From the NCBI GenBank assembly GCA_051294375.1, contig CM119264.1, positions 27,777,949 through 27,825,873 on the forward strand: DNA of 47,925 nt. Direction: 5' to 3'. Numbering within the stretch: the stretch's first letter is position 1; each line of letters begins with the position of its first letter. Positions 23,816 through 35,340 of the stretch are shown piece by piece. The notes below the pieces were generated by a model. The model searched no databases, had not been told where the DNA came from, and saw only the letters and a program-made list of their open reading frames with translations. The position numbers were made by a program, and so were the translations under genes. The DNA comes from Paraspadella gotoi (Eukaryota; Animalia; Chaetognatha).

Positions 23816-24289
23816 ACTCTCCTCTACCAAAAGGCCTTTCTCCAATTCTTCCTCTCCAAAAGACGTCTTTCTCTTTTGCGTCGAATTTTGTCCACGAAGT
23901 TTCCATCCATCGATTTCGTATTTTATTCTCCCGACGAAGATGGCGCTGCAGATGACGCTGGAGTTGGCGCTACAGATGACTCTACAGATGGCATCACCGT
24001 CTCCGCGCCCCATCCAGCCCACAGTCTCGTCTCCGACGCCGTCACTCTATCCTGGAGCGTCGGGCGTCGCGCCGGCGTCGCCTCCACCGCGCTGCTGCGG
24101 CTGGGGACGCTGGAGAGCGGCTCCGTCGACGCTTTCGAAGGATGGAGGGCGTGGCAGCGAGAAGTCGGCGAGGGGTCGAGAGGTTGGGAAGTGTTGGAGA
24201 GAATGAGGAAAAAATACGCGTTGGTTTGGTTGATAGATAACGATTTCGTTGGTGGAGGGGAGGGGATTTGGGAGGCGTTGGGGAAGTGA
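23767..24289 (+). CDS. MTHFR-regulatory-domain gene, terminal exon 5
   Basis: cctcAG acceptor, phase 2; LYQKAFLQFF matches VFQKAYLEFF, DAVTLSW matches NAVTW, and KYALVWLIDNDFVGGGEGIWEAL matches [22 protein letters not shown]; TGA at 24287-24289. Confidence 0.9.
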
Positions 24290-24920
24290 AGAGGGTGGAG
24301 GAAGAGAGGGAGGAAGGGAGGAGGTAGAGGGAGGAGAGGGATTGGGAGGCTTCGGAGAAGGGAAGAAGGGTGGAGGAAGAGAGGGAGGAGGGATGAGCGG
24401 GAGGTAAGGAGGAGGAAGAGGGGATCGCTGAGGCCGTTTGCATGGAATGAGAGGGTGGAGGAAGAAGAGGGAGGAAGGGAGGAAGGGGTAAGGAGGAAGG
24501 AAAGAGAAGGCGGAAGGGAGAGGAGAGAAGGGGAAGGGTAAAAAGGAATGGGGAAAAAGTGGAGTAATGGAGGGAAGAAAGGGAAGACGAATACGAAAAA
24601 AATTGTCAAAAATAAATGTGTACTAATTAACCTCAAGCAGCTTTAAAGATTGTACAATATATCATTTTATATACTTATTTACTTAATTCACTTATATACA
24701 GAACAAGAAGATATTAATCTTTTCAATCAGGAGTCGTAAAAACCGAATCAGACCTCGCTTGTTCATTTGTTTATTTATTTTTTCACTCGACGATTAAATT
24801 CGAGGATTCGTCTCTTGTTCGTTGGCGGCGCGCAATGAAAATTGTTTTCTGTCGTTTCAACCGCGTTTGACGAGACAGAGATAAGAGAGAGAGAGATGAG
24901 AAAGAGAGAGAAGAGAGAGA

Positions 24921-24968
<48 letters not shown>

Positions 24969-25061
24969 CGAACGAGCGTGACGCTCATCTAATTCCATAA
25001 ATTCCATAAATTCCATAAAATCAGGCGTCTTTTTGAAGAGCGCCGGATTTTCGGATCTCTC

Positions 25062-25098
<37 letters not shown>

Positions 25099-25139
25099 TC
25101 TCTTCTCTCTCTCTCTCTTCTCTTTCTCTCTTCCTCTCT

Positions 25140-26965
25140 CTCTCTCCGTTCAAACGCGTTGAAAGACAGAAACTAATTTCATTCGCGCGCCAAACGGACA
25201 AAAAGAGCGAAATCCTCGAATTTAAATTCCGTCCGAAGTGAAACAAAATAAATAACAAAATTGAACAATCGAGGGTCTGATTCGGTTTTTTACCGACTCT
25301 GATTGAAAAATTAATATCTTTCTTTGTTTTGTATACAGTGAATTAAGTAAATAAAGTAGTATAAATATATATGTACAATCTTTTAAGCTGCTTTGAAGGT
25401 TAAAATTTTAAGTACACATTTATGTTTTTACAATTTTTTTCGTTTCGTCTTCCCTTTCTTCCCCCTCCTACCTCACTTTTTCCCCATTCCTTTAACCCTT
25501 CCCCTTACTCCTCCTCCTCCCTTCCGCCTTCTCTTCCCCTCCATACCCCTCCTCCCTTCCTCTCTCTCTTCCTCCACCCTCTTCACTTCCTGCAAGCCTC
25601 CAGATCCCTCATCCTCTCCCTTACCCCTCCCTTCCTCCCCTCTTCCTCCACCCTCTTCCCTTCTCAACCGCCTCCCAAATCCCTCTCCTCCTCCTTAACC
25701 TGCCTCCCTTCCTCCCTCTCTTCCTCCACCCTCTTTCACTTCCTCCACCCTCCAAATCCCCTCTCCCCACCAACGAAATCGTTATCTATCAACCAAACCA
25801 ACGGCGTATTTTATCCTCATTACTCATCCAAAACCTTCCCAACACTCCTCGACCACTCAATGCCGGACTTCTCGCTCACGCCCTCCATCCTTCGGAAAGC
25901 GTCGACGGACGCTCATCCAGCGTCCCGGCGCCGCAGCAAGCGGGTGGAGGCGACGCCGGCGCGACGCCCCGAACGCTCCAGGATAAGTGACGGCGTACGG
26001 AGAACGAGACTAGTGGGACTGGATGGGAGCGCGGAGACACGGTGATAGCAATCTGTAAGGTCATCTGTAAGTACGCCAATCCAGCGTCATCTGCAAGCGA
26101 GCCACTTTCGCTCGGGAGAATAAGAAGTACGAAATCGAGGATGGAAACTCGTGGACAAATATCGACGCAAAAGAGAAAGACGTCTTTTGGAGGAGGAAGA
26201 AATTGGAAGAAAAGGCTTTTGGTAGAAGGAAGGAAGAGGAGGAGAAGAGGAGAGAGGAAGAGAAGAGGAAAATGACGCTGAGGGAGGAAAGAGACCCAGT
26301 CAAACACGAAATACAAAAACGGAAAGAAAAAAAAAAGAAAGATCTTTTTTTTTCTTCTTATGAAATTGGTACAACCAATATAAAATTATCCATTCATTTC
26401 AATAAATAAGCTATCTTGCCCCTGAACTTTGAAGGCTTTGGTCGGTTAAGGCCTCCATCACTCTTACAAGAATAATCGACAGTAGCAGGTCCTGAAGCTT
26501 TCAATCAAGACTCTCTCACAAGTCTCGTTATTCACTCGTTCCTTCACTCACTTCTGAGCTCCGATTTCGGTTGGATTAAACTCTGCCACGGCTGCGACGC
26601 GCGACATCGCTTCCAGCTTCGGCTTCCGGTTCGCTTTCCGGCTTCGCTTCCGGGGGTCCCCTTCGCTTCCGACAGCGCCGTTTTCCTCGAATCTCGACGC
26701 CGCGACGCCGTAAGCGCCGGTTGAGAAAGAAGACGGTGAGAACAACCGGCGTACGTTGAGGCGACGAAGTCGATCGGCGATGAGGCGCGTTTCCGGGTTG
26801 AGGTGATTGTGGTGGCACCATGGGAGCGGTGTGACGGTCTGAGTGGGTGGAAACAAATAGGGAGTGTTTGACAAGAGGGGCGAAAAAGAGCTGAAGAGCG
26901 AGATCAAAGACGCAACAATCGTAGGTGTTTGAAATCTGATGATTGTTGCCTCGCATTTCAAAGGA

Positions 26966-27010
<45 letters not shown>
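25140..27010 (-). repeat. Noisy inverted duplicate of about 23060-24880 with frameshifted copies of exons 4-5
   Basis: Minus-strand ORF 26548-26961 repeats LPWCHHNHLNPETRLIADRL and then frameshifts. Confidence 0.9.
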
Positions 27011-27013
<3 letters not shown>

Positions 27014-27038
27014 NNNNNNNNNNNNNNNNNNNNNNNNN

Positions 27039-27415
27039 GGGTAGGAGGAGGAAGAGAAGGCGGAAGGGAGAGGAGAGAAGGGGAAGGGTAAAAGGAATGG
27101 GGAAAAAGTGGAGTAGGAGGGAAGAAAGGGAAGACGAAACGAAAAAAATTGTCAAAAATAAATGTGTACTAAATTAACCTTCAAAGCAGCTTAAAGATTG
27201 TACATATATATTTATATACTTATTTACTTAATTCACTTATACAAACAAGAAGATATTAATTTTTCAATCAGGAGTCGTAAAAACCGAATCAGACCTCGAT
27301 TGTTCATTTGTTATTTATTTTTTTCACTTCGACGATTAAATTCGAGGATTCGCTCTTTTTGTCCGTTTGGCGGCGCGAATGAAATTGTTTCTGTCGTTTC
27401 AACGCGTTTGACGAG
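27039..27415 (+). repeat. Direct repeat of about 24487-24875, bounded by N gaps
   Basis: Shares gaaaaaaattgtcaaaaataaatgtgtac...caggagtcgtaaaaaccgaatcagacctcg with small differences. Confidence 0.85.
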
Positions 27416-27529
27416 ANNNNNNNNNNNNNNNNNNNNNNNNNACGGAGAGAGAGAGAGGAAGAGAGAAAGAGAAGAGAGAGAAGAGAAGACGAGAGAGGAG
27501 GAGAGAGGAGACGAGAGAGAGAGAGGAGA

Positions 27530-27632
27530 GAGATGAGAGAGATCCGAAATCCGGCGCTCTTCAAAAAGGACGCCTGATTTTGATGGAATTTAATGGAATT
27601 TATGAATTAGATTGAGCGTCACGCTCGTTCGC

Positions 27633-27670
<38 letters not shown>

Positions 27671-30600
27671 TCCTCTCTCTCTTCTCTCTCTCCTCTCTCT
27701 CTTTCCTTTCACTCTCTCTCTCTTATCTCTGTCTCGTCAAACGCGGTTGAAACGACAGAAAACAATTTTCATTGCGCGCCGCCAACGAACAAGAGACGAA
27801 TCCTCGAATTTAATCGTCGAGTGAAAAAATAAATAAACAAATGAACAAGCGAGGTCTGATTCGGTTTTTACGACTCCTGATTGAAAAGATTAATATCTTC
27901 TTGTTCTGTATATAAGTGAATTAAGTAAATAAGTATATAAAATGATATATTGTACAATCTTTAAAGCTGCTTGAGGTTAATTAGTACACATTTATTTTTG
28001 ACAATTTTTTTCGTATTCGTCTTCCCTTTCTTCCCTCCATTACTCCACTTTTTCCCCATTCCTTTTTACCCTTCCCCTTCTCTCCTCTCCCTTCCGCCTT
28101 CTCTTTCCTTCCTCCTTACCCCTTCCTCCCTTCCTCCCTCTTCTTCCTCCACCCTCTCATTCCATGCAAACGGCCTCAGCGATCCCCTCTTCCTCCTCCT
28201 TACCTCCCGCTCATCCCTCCTCCCTCTCTTCCTCCACCCTTCTTCCCTTCTCCGAAGCCTCCCAATCCCTCTCCTCCCTCTACCTCCTCCCTTCCTCCCT
28301 CTCTTCCTCCACCCTCTTCACTTCCCCAACGCCTCCCAAATCCCCTCCCCTCCACCAACGAAATCGTTATCTATTCAAAACCAAAACCAACGCGTATTTT
28401 TTCCTCATTCTCTCCAACACTTCCCAAACCTCTCGACTCGCCGACTTCTCGCTGCCACGCCCTCCATTCCTTCAAGCCGTCGCGGAGCCGCTCTCAGCGT
28501 CCCCAGCCGCCGCAGCGCGTGGAGCGACGCCGGCGCGAGCCCGACGCTCCAGGATAGGCTGACGGCGTCGGAGACGAGACTGTGGCTGGATGGGGGGCGG
28601 AGACGGTTGATTGCCATCTGTAGAGTATCTGTAGCGCCAACTCCAGCGTCATCTGCAGCGCCATCTTCGTCGGCGAGAATAAAACGGAAATCGATGGATG
28701 GAAACTCGTGGACAAAAATTCGACGCAAAAAGAGAAAGACGTCTTTTGGAGAGGAAGAATTGGAGAAGGCCTTTTGGTAGAGAGAGTGGAAGAGGAGGAG
28801 AAGAGGATGGAGGAGGAACGAGAACGAGGAAAATGGACCTTGAGGGAGAAGAGACCCATTGTCAACCCACGAATACAAAACGGAAGAAAAAAAAAGAAAG
28901 AATTCTTTTTTTTCTTCTTATGAATTGGTACAACCAATATAAAAAATTATCCATTCATTTAATAAATAAGCTAGTCTTGCCCTGACTTTTGGAACAGGCT
29001 TTGGTGGTTTAAGCCTCCATCACTCTTTACCCAAGATATGACATAGCAGGTCCCTGAAGCTTTCAATCAGACTCTCTGCAACAGTCTCGTTTTATTCACT
29101 CGTTTCTTCACTCACTCTGAGCTCCGATTGTCGGTTTGGATAACTCTGCCCGGCGATTCGACGCCGACATCCTTTCCAGTTCGCTTCGGCTTCGCTTCGG
29201 CTTCGCTTCCGGGGTCCCTTCGGGCTTCGACCAGCGCCGTTTTCTCGAATCTCGACGCCGCACCGCCGTTAAGCGCCGGTGAGGAGAGGACGGTGAAAAA
29301 CCGGCGTCGTTGCCGGGCGACGAGTCATCGGCATGAGGGCCGTTTCCGGGTGAGCGTGATTGTGGTGGCCCATGGGGGGTGGTGACGGTCTGAGTGGGTG
29401 GAAAAAAAAAATTAGGGAAGATGTTGAAAGAGGGGCGAAAAAGAGTCGAGAGCGAGACAAAGACGCAAACATCGTAGGTTTGAAATCTTTGATGATTGTT
29501 CCTCGCTTTCAAAGAATTAAAAAAAAAAAAGAAAAGGGATTTTCTTTCGATTCCCGACGGAAGGATTTTCTTTTCTTTTCTTTTCTTTTCTTTTTTTTTC
29601 TTTTTTTTTTCTTTTCTTTTCTTTTCCTTTCTTTTTATATTTTCAAAAGTGTTCTTTACGACGACCATATTTACTTCAGGGCGACTTTATCGCGGGAAAG
29701 AGGAAGGAAGGAAAAAAAGGGAGATTTAAAAAGGAAAGGGAAGAATGAAATAGAGAAGCAAGAAGGAAGGAGTGAAATAAGGAAAGCAAAGAAGGAAGAA
29801 TGAAAAAGTAAAGCACAAGAAGGAAGAATGGAAATAAGGAAAGGCAAAGAAGGAAGAAAGAAAAAAGAAAAGCAAAGAAGGAAGAATGAAAAAGGAAAGC
29901 AAAGAAGAAGAAGTGAATAAGGAAAGCAAGAAGGAGAATGAAAAAGGAAAGCCAAAGAAGGAAGAATGAAATAAGGAGCAAAGAAGGAAGAAAGAAAAAG
30001 AAAAAGCAAGAAGGAAGTGTGAAAAAAAAAAGCAAAGAAGGAAGAATGAAAATAAGAAAAAGCAAAGAAGGAAGTGCTAAAAAAAAAGCAAAGAAGGAAG
30101 AATGGAAAAAAAGAAAAGCAAAGAAGGAAGAATGAAAAAAGAAAATAAAGAAGGCAAGAATGAAAAAAGAAAGCAAAGAAGGAAGAAATGAAAAAAAGGA
30201 AAAAGCAAGAAGGAAAAAATGAAAAAAAGAAAGCAAGAAGGAAAAATGAAAATAAGTTAAGGACCCAGTGATTAAAAATGATATCATAACTCATAAGCTT
30301 AAGGTCTATCATTCAAAGGAATTAATGGTGATCGTCATTAATTTTTTTTATGCACAGAGTGGCAAAAAAATTCCTATTCTATTATAGCAGAAACAAAAAT
30401 TTAATAATTATGAAAAAAAATTTAGTTGAACCCTACCTAAATATTTATATAATCCTATTTATTTATTTTTGCCATTAGAAAATATTTTACTAATTCCGAT
30501 TTTTTTTTTACTGTACCAAGCTATAATTTTAGGTTTAAGCCTCAGTTGAAACAAAGCTTTACAAGACTAATATTTTTTTAGTTTTATATTTTAATTAAAA

Positions 30601-31810
30601 GCAGAACAAATCGAAACCTAAATTCTATTCTTACAGAAACAAACGTAATAATTATTAATATATATTTCATCCCTTAAATGTCTAATTAAAACTATATTGA
30701 TCTCCTAATTATGAACAAGGTAAAAATTTAGCAAAATAGAATCTGTTCTCTTCTTTTTATATTTATATTACTTCAAAAGAGTTTTAGTGTTCATCCAATT
30801 AACAGAATCCATTTGAAAAGAAAGTTTAAATTTAAAATCAGTCGATACCTTAAAATTTGTAATAAAAGCTGAAAATCTTTTAAAATTAGATCTTACCCTC
30901 TTTGGAAAAAAAAATTTTAAAATTGAAAAAGATTTTCTTCTTACCAATTTTTAAATGAAATTAAGCTCGCCTGATTTATCGAAATTTAAACTACTTTCCC
31001 AAATGATTATAGATGAAAAAATTATATGATCAGAACCGCTAAGTTAAAGGGTCAAACGTTATGTTTTTTCAGCTTTTTACCCCCCCTTTCTACTTGCTCC
31101 CCTTAAGAAGGAGGAAGATGATAAAAGAAAGCAAAGTATTAACAAAAGGACAAAAATACCGTAAACTAATATCTAAAATCAACAGATAGTTTCAGCAGAA
31201 TTGTAAAAGATTTTATTCATCGTGAATTTCCTTTCTTTTTAAGATTTTATTCGAATATATTGTTTCTTTTATTATTAAAACCATATTCTCTCAAATTGTT
31301 TCTAGGATTTAGGACAGCTTAAATATTTACTAATAAGTTAAACTCTATTTCTAGTATGCAATCTGTCTTTTAAATTGTTCGATTATTTTCGCTTGTTTCG
31401 TTGTTTAAACTCAATTCGTTTCCCAATTTGTCTTTAATTTACTTTTCTAATATGTTCCGTTGTGTCGTTTGAATTGATGTGCTGCCGCCGCTGTCCGACT
31501 GAGCCGGCCGCTTGCCGAACGGCATTGCGCTGGCCCCAGCCAAGGTGGCGAACTCTTTCCACCGCCGCGCCCTCCCTCGGCGACGTCGGAGCTTCCGTCG
31601 TTTTCCGCCAGGAGGCGATGGGAAACGGCAAAATGTCGGCCAAACGTCCTCGTTCGCAAATTAGTTCTTCGGGAATTAGAGGAGGACGACTATGGATGAA
31701 GACGAAGATGATGACGACGACGAGACGACGACAATCGATGACCAAGAGATCTTCGTCGTCAACTAAAGAGAAAAAAATATATATATTCAACCATATTTCT
31801 GTCTGTCCGT

Positions 31811-31863
<53 letters not shown>

Positions 31864-32699
31864 CTCTCGCTCTCTCTCTCTCTCTCTTCTCTCTCTTCTC
31901 TTTATATTGCGTTCGGTTTTTTCATTTTCAATTGCTCCACGACTTCCTTCGGGATGGAAGACGTGTTGACGGAAATCATTATAGAAAGTAGGAAAAGGAG
32001 CAAGCATTTAGGAAGCAGAGAATCATTTAGAGAAAATTGGGAACAGCAAGCATTTAGCGAAAGCAGGAGAATCATAGAGAAAATTGGGAAAGCAAGCTTT
32101 TAGGAAAGCAGGGAATCATTAGAGAAAATTGGGGAAAGTAAGCGTTTAGGGAAAAGTCAAAGGGAGGGAAATTTTTTCAATTAGAGCAATGAGGGAAAAG
32201 CAAGCATTTCAGAGAAAGTAGGAAAGAGCAACATATGGAAGAGCGGTGAATCATTTGGGAAAGTATGAAAGAGCAAGCATTCGGGGAAAAAGGAGAATAT
32301 AAAAATATAAGGAGAACAAGCACTTAGAAACACTAAAATAATTACAAAGGTAGCAGAGGAATCAATTAGAGATTTTAAAGCGAAATATAAAAATATTTGT
32401 CATCGAGATAATGAGGATCGGTTGTCGTAAAATAAAGTTAAGTTTTTTAACTTTGAAGACAATCAGCGGAAAATCAAGCAGTTACAAAAGGTTAAGTCCA
32501 AAAATGGTTAAGTTTAACTTGCGTAAGTGTTCAGTCTTATGGGAAATAGAAGTAAGGCGCGAAGTTGCGAGGCAAGAATTACGCTAACTTTGGTTAGGCC
32601 TAGGTAAGGGGTAAGCAGGTTTATGCGCATCGAGCGAAAGATTAGGTCGTTTATCGATTTATGCTATTAGTTTTGCAGAAGTCAAGAGTTATCTCTCTC

Positions 32700-32746
<47 letters not shown>

Positions 32747-35340
32747 CTCTCTCTCTCTCATCCGCAGCTAAGAAAATTACCTTTATTTTTTTAACTCTCT
32801 CTGTTTTGCAGGGAAGAAAAAATAATCAGTTTTTTAAAATAATATTGCGTTTTCGCATTTGTCTTCGTTGTCGTTGTTAGTCGTCGTCGTGTCGTTATCA
32901 AGGGCCGGCGTCGTCGTCGTCGTCGTCGTCGTTTAAAAAAGAATTGAACCAAAGATTTTTTTTAAGAGAAATTTTTTACTTTCATGTACTAATTTCATTA
33001 ACCATAAGACAACAGATCTTAAAAATTCACAGGCATTCAAATCTGACTACTTCCTCCCCATGGCGAGAGGAAACCGCCAGCCAGAACTGCTGCTGGCTTA
33101 GCTTCTGCCGTTTTCGCCGTTCGCTCGACCGTTGATGTCGCTCTCTTCTCCCCCGACATCGACGCTCTCGCGATTGACGGCCTCTGTGTCGTCGTTGTTG
33201 TTGTCGTTGTCGATTCCGTTGTTTCGGTTGTCGTGACGTCGTTGTTGACGTGGGACGGGATGAAGACGGCGAGAGGCGCGGCGGTGACGTTGGGTTGACG
33301 CCCGCGGGACGCCCGCGGCGACCGCGCGCTCGACCGCGTCTTCCGTTGATTTCTCGAACGGCTCTCGCGTTGTCGTCGTTGTCGTTGTCGTTGTTGTTGA
33401 TTAACCCCGCGCCTCGAGGTTGGCGGAATTGCGAAAAAGTGTCAAACCGTGAAAATTGGTCGCAGGACGAGAAACGTCGTCGTCGTCGCTTGTCGTGTCG
33501 TCGTCGTCGTCGTCGCTGGCGGACACGAGTCTGGAAATTGTCAACGACCGAAATTGACGCAGTTGACGCGTAAGACGCCCCCTTGGGCCTAGAGGGGGAG
33601 GATGTCGGATGAGAGAGGCGAGTTGGTGGGTGGGGGTGGAAAGAGAAGAGGAGAAGGAGAAAGAGAGAGAAATAGAAAAAGAGAAATGAGAAAAAAGGGA
33701 GAAAGAAAAGAGGAAGAGAATAAAGGAGAAAATAGAAAAGAGAATGGAGAAAAAAGTGGAAAGAAGAGAAGGAGAGAAGAAAGGAGAAAATAAAAAAAGA
33801 GGAAATGAGAAAAAGTGGGAAAGAAGAGAGGAAGAGAGAAAGAGGAAAATAAAAAGAGAAATGGAGAAAAAGTTGGAAAGAAAAGAAGGAAGAGAAGAGA
33901 GGGAGTGCAGGAAAACGGAGAAAAGAGGAGAGAAAAGAAAAGTAAAGAGACGAAAAAATGAGATCAATCCCCGTAGGGTTGATAAGATAAGGACAAGGAT
34001 GAAAGTGGAGGAATTAGTAGAAAAAATGGCAAAATTATTACATGACTATATTAAATTAAATTATGTTTCATCAATGTGTTTTAAATGTTTATATTTACTT
34101 ATGCAAATAATAAATTCAATAATTTGCCCTTTATTTTATCAAAAATCAGTCAACCTCGTTGCGAAGGACATCGCGTACACAGGGTTATTTAGTTAGTATG
34201 TATTTAAATAGAGAGTCTTTGCGGGAAATACATGTGCCTTTTTTATTTTTTGCCAATTATAATGTCAACTGCCTTGAAAAATTGATTCCGCTATGTGAGA
34301 GACTCTCTATTTAGATACATCAATAAATCTATTTTTAGAATCTCCCCAACTCATTCTCAAATCTATTTTTAGAAACTCCCAACCACTCTCAAATCTTTTT
34401 TTAGAAAACTCCCCAACTCACTCTCAAATCTTCGAATCTCCTTTCAGCAATTTCATGCTTTCGTTTGCTCCTTCTTTAAAAGGTCGACGTGAAAGGAGTT
34501 TTCCGAATTCTTAACTTTTAAAGAGCAGCTAGTTTTTTTTAGCGAGCCTGTTTTTGTTGATTTGCGGGGAACAACCTTTTTTTTTGCAGGTTGTTTATAG
34601 TAATAGTTAGAGAAAAGTTCGTTGGGAAAAGTTAATTTTTTAGTTCATTTCATTATCGAACGTATCTACGTTTTGTGTGAGAGAGAAAAACTACGCAGAA
34701 AAATAACTTTGAAATTTGAGAATCGAAAAATGAGACGAGTTTTTAACCACTGATTCGCCGGAAGAAGATTGACGACGACGACGACGACGACGACGGTGAA
34801 GACGACGACGACGACGACCGACGACGACGACGACGCGACGACGACGGACGACCGACGTGAGAACACGGACTATGGCGACGAACAACAAGAAACCACGAAC
34901 TTCAGTCAATTACATACACTATTTTTTTTTAAACTAAATATTCGACCACTGAAAAATTATTTTTAAACTTGACTAACGTTTACATTTATTAAAGACCAAC
35001 AACAACAAAACGACGACGACGACAACTTACAAAAGCCAGAACCATAAACCCTCGATCGTCGAGCGAAAAATTTGCGCGAAGAGAAAATGTGTCTTCGAAG
35101 TCGAAGTCAGATTCACGATCGCGACTCGAAGACTTACGACTTCACGGCTCACGGGCTCACCAGGCGCCGAGATTCAAATGATTTTTACTGAGTGGAAAAG
35201 TTCCTTGGGGCGAGTTTCCTCGGGCGAAGAACGCTATGCCGGGGGAAGGGAAAGATTAAAATGGATAGGATAGATAATTAAAGAAGGAATTTTAATATGT
35301 AGACAAAGTAGAACAACTATAAAATAAATAAATAAATTAA
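27530..35340 (-). repeat. Noisy inverted duplicate of about 15640-25065 (whole MTHFR-like gene, without the 20255-22783 block)
   Basis: Copies of exon 5 (about 28320-28840), exon 4 (29115-29390), exon 3 (31445-31763), exon 2 (33050-33590) and exon 1 (34421-34456) lie in reverse order with many indels. Confidence 0.92.
31990..32215. repeat. About 45-bp tandem repeat (aagcaagcgtttaggaaagcaggagaatcaatagagaaaattggg)
   Basis: Four to five units; also at 22440-22610 and in reverse at 18850-18934, where an N gap truncates it. Confidence 0.8.

Noticed and set aside
20255-35340. Expanded family of MTHFR-like paralogues or a giant functional palindrome
   Set aside because: Extra copies include introns, differ mainly by random small indels and end at gaps or simple repeats; more consistent with an assembly artefact, though read data are needed to be sure.
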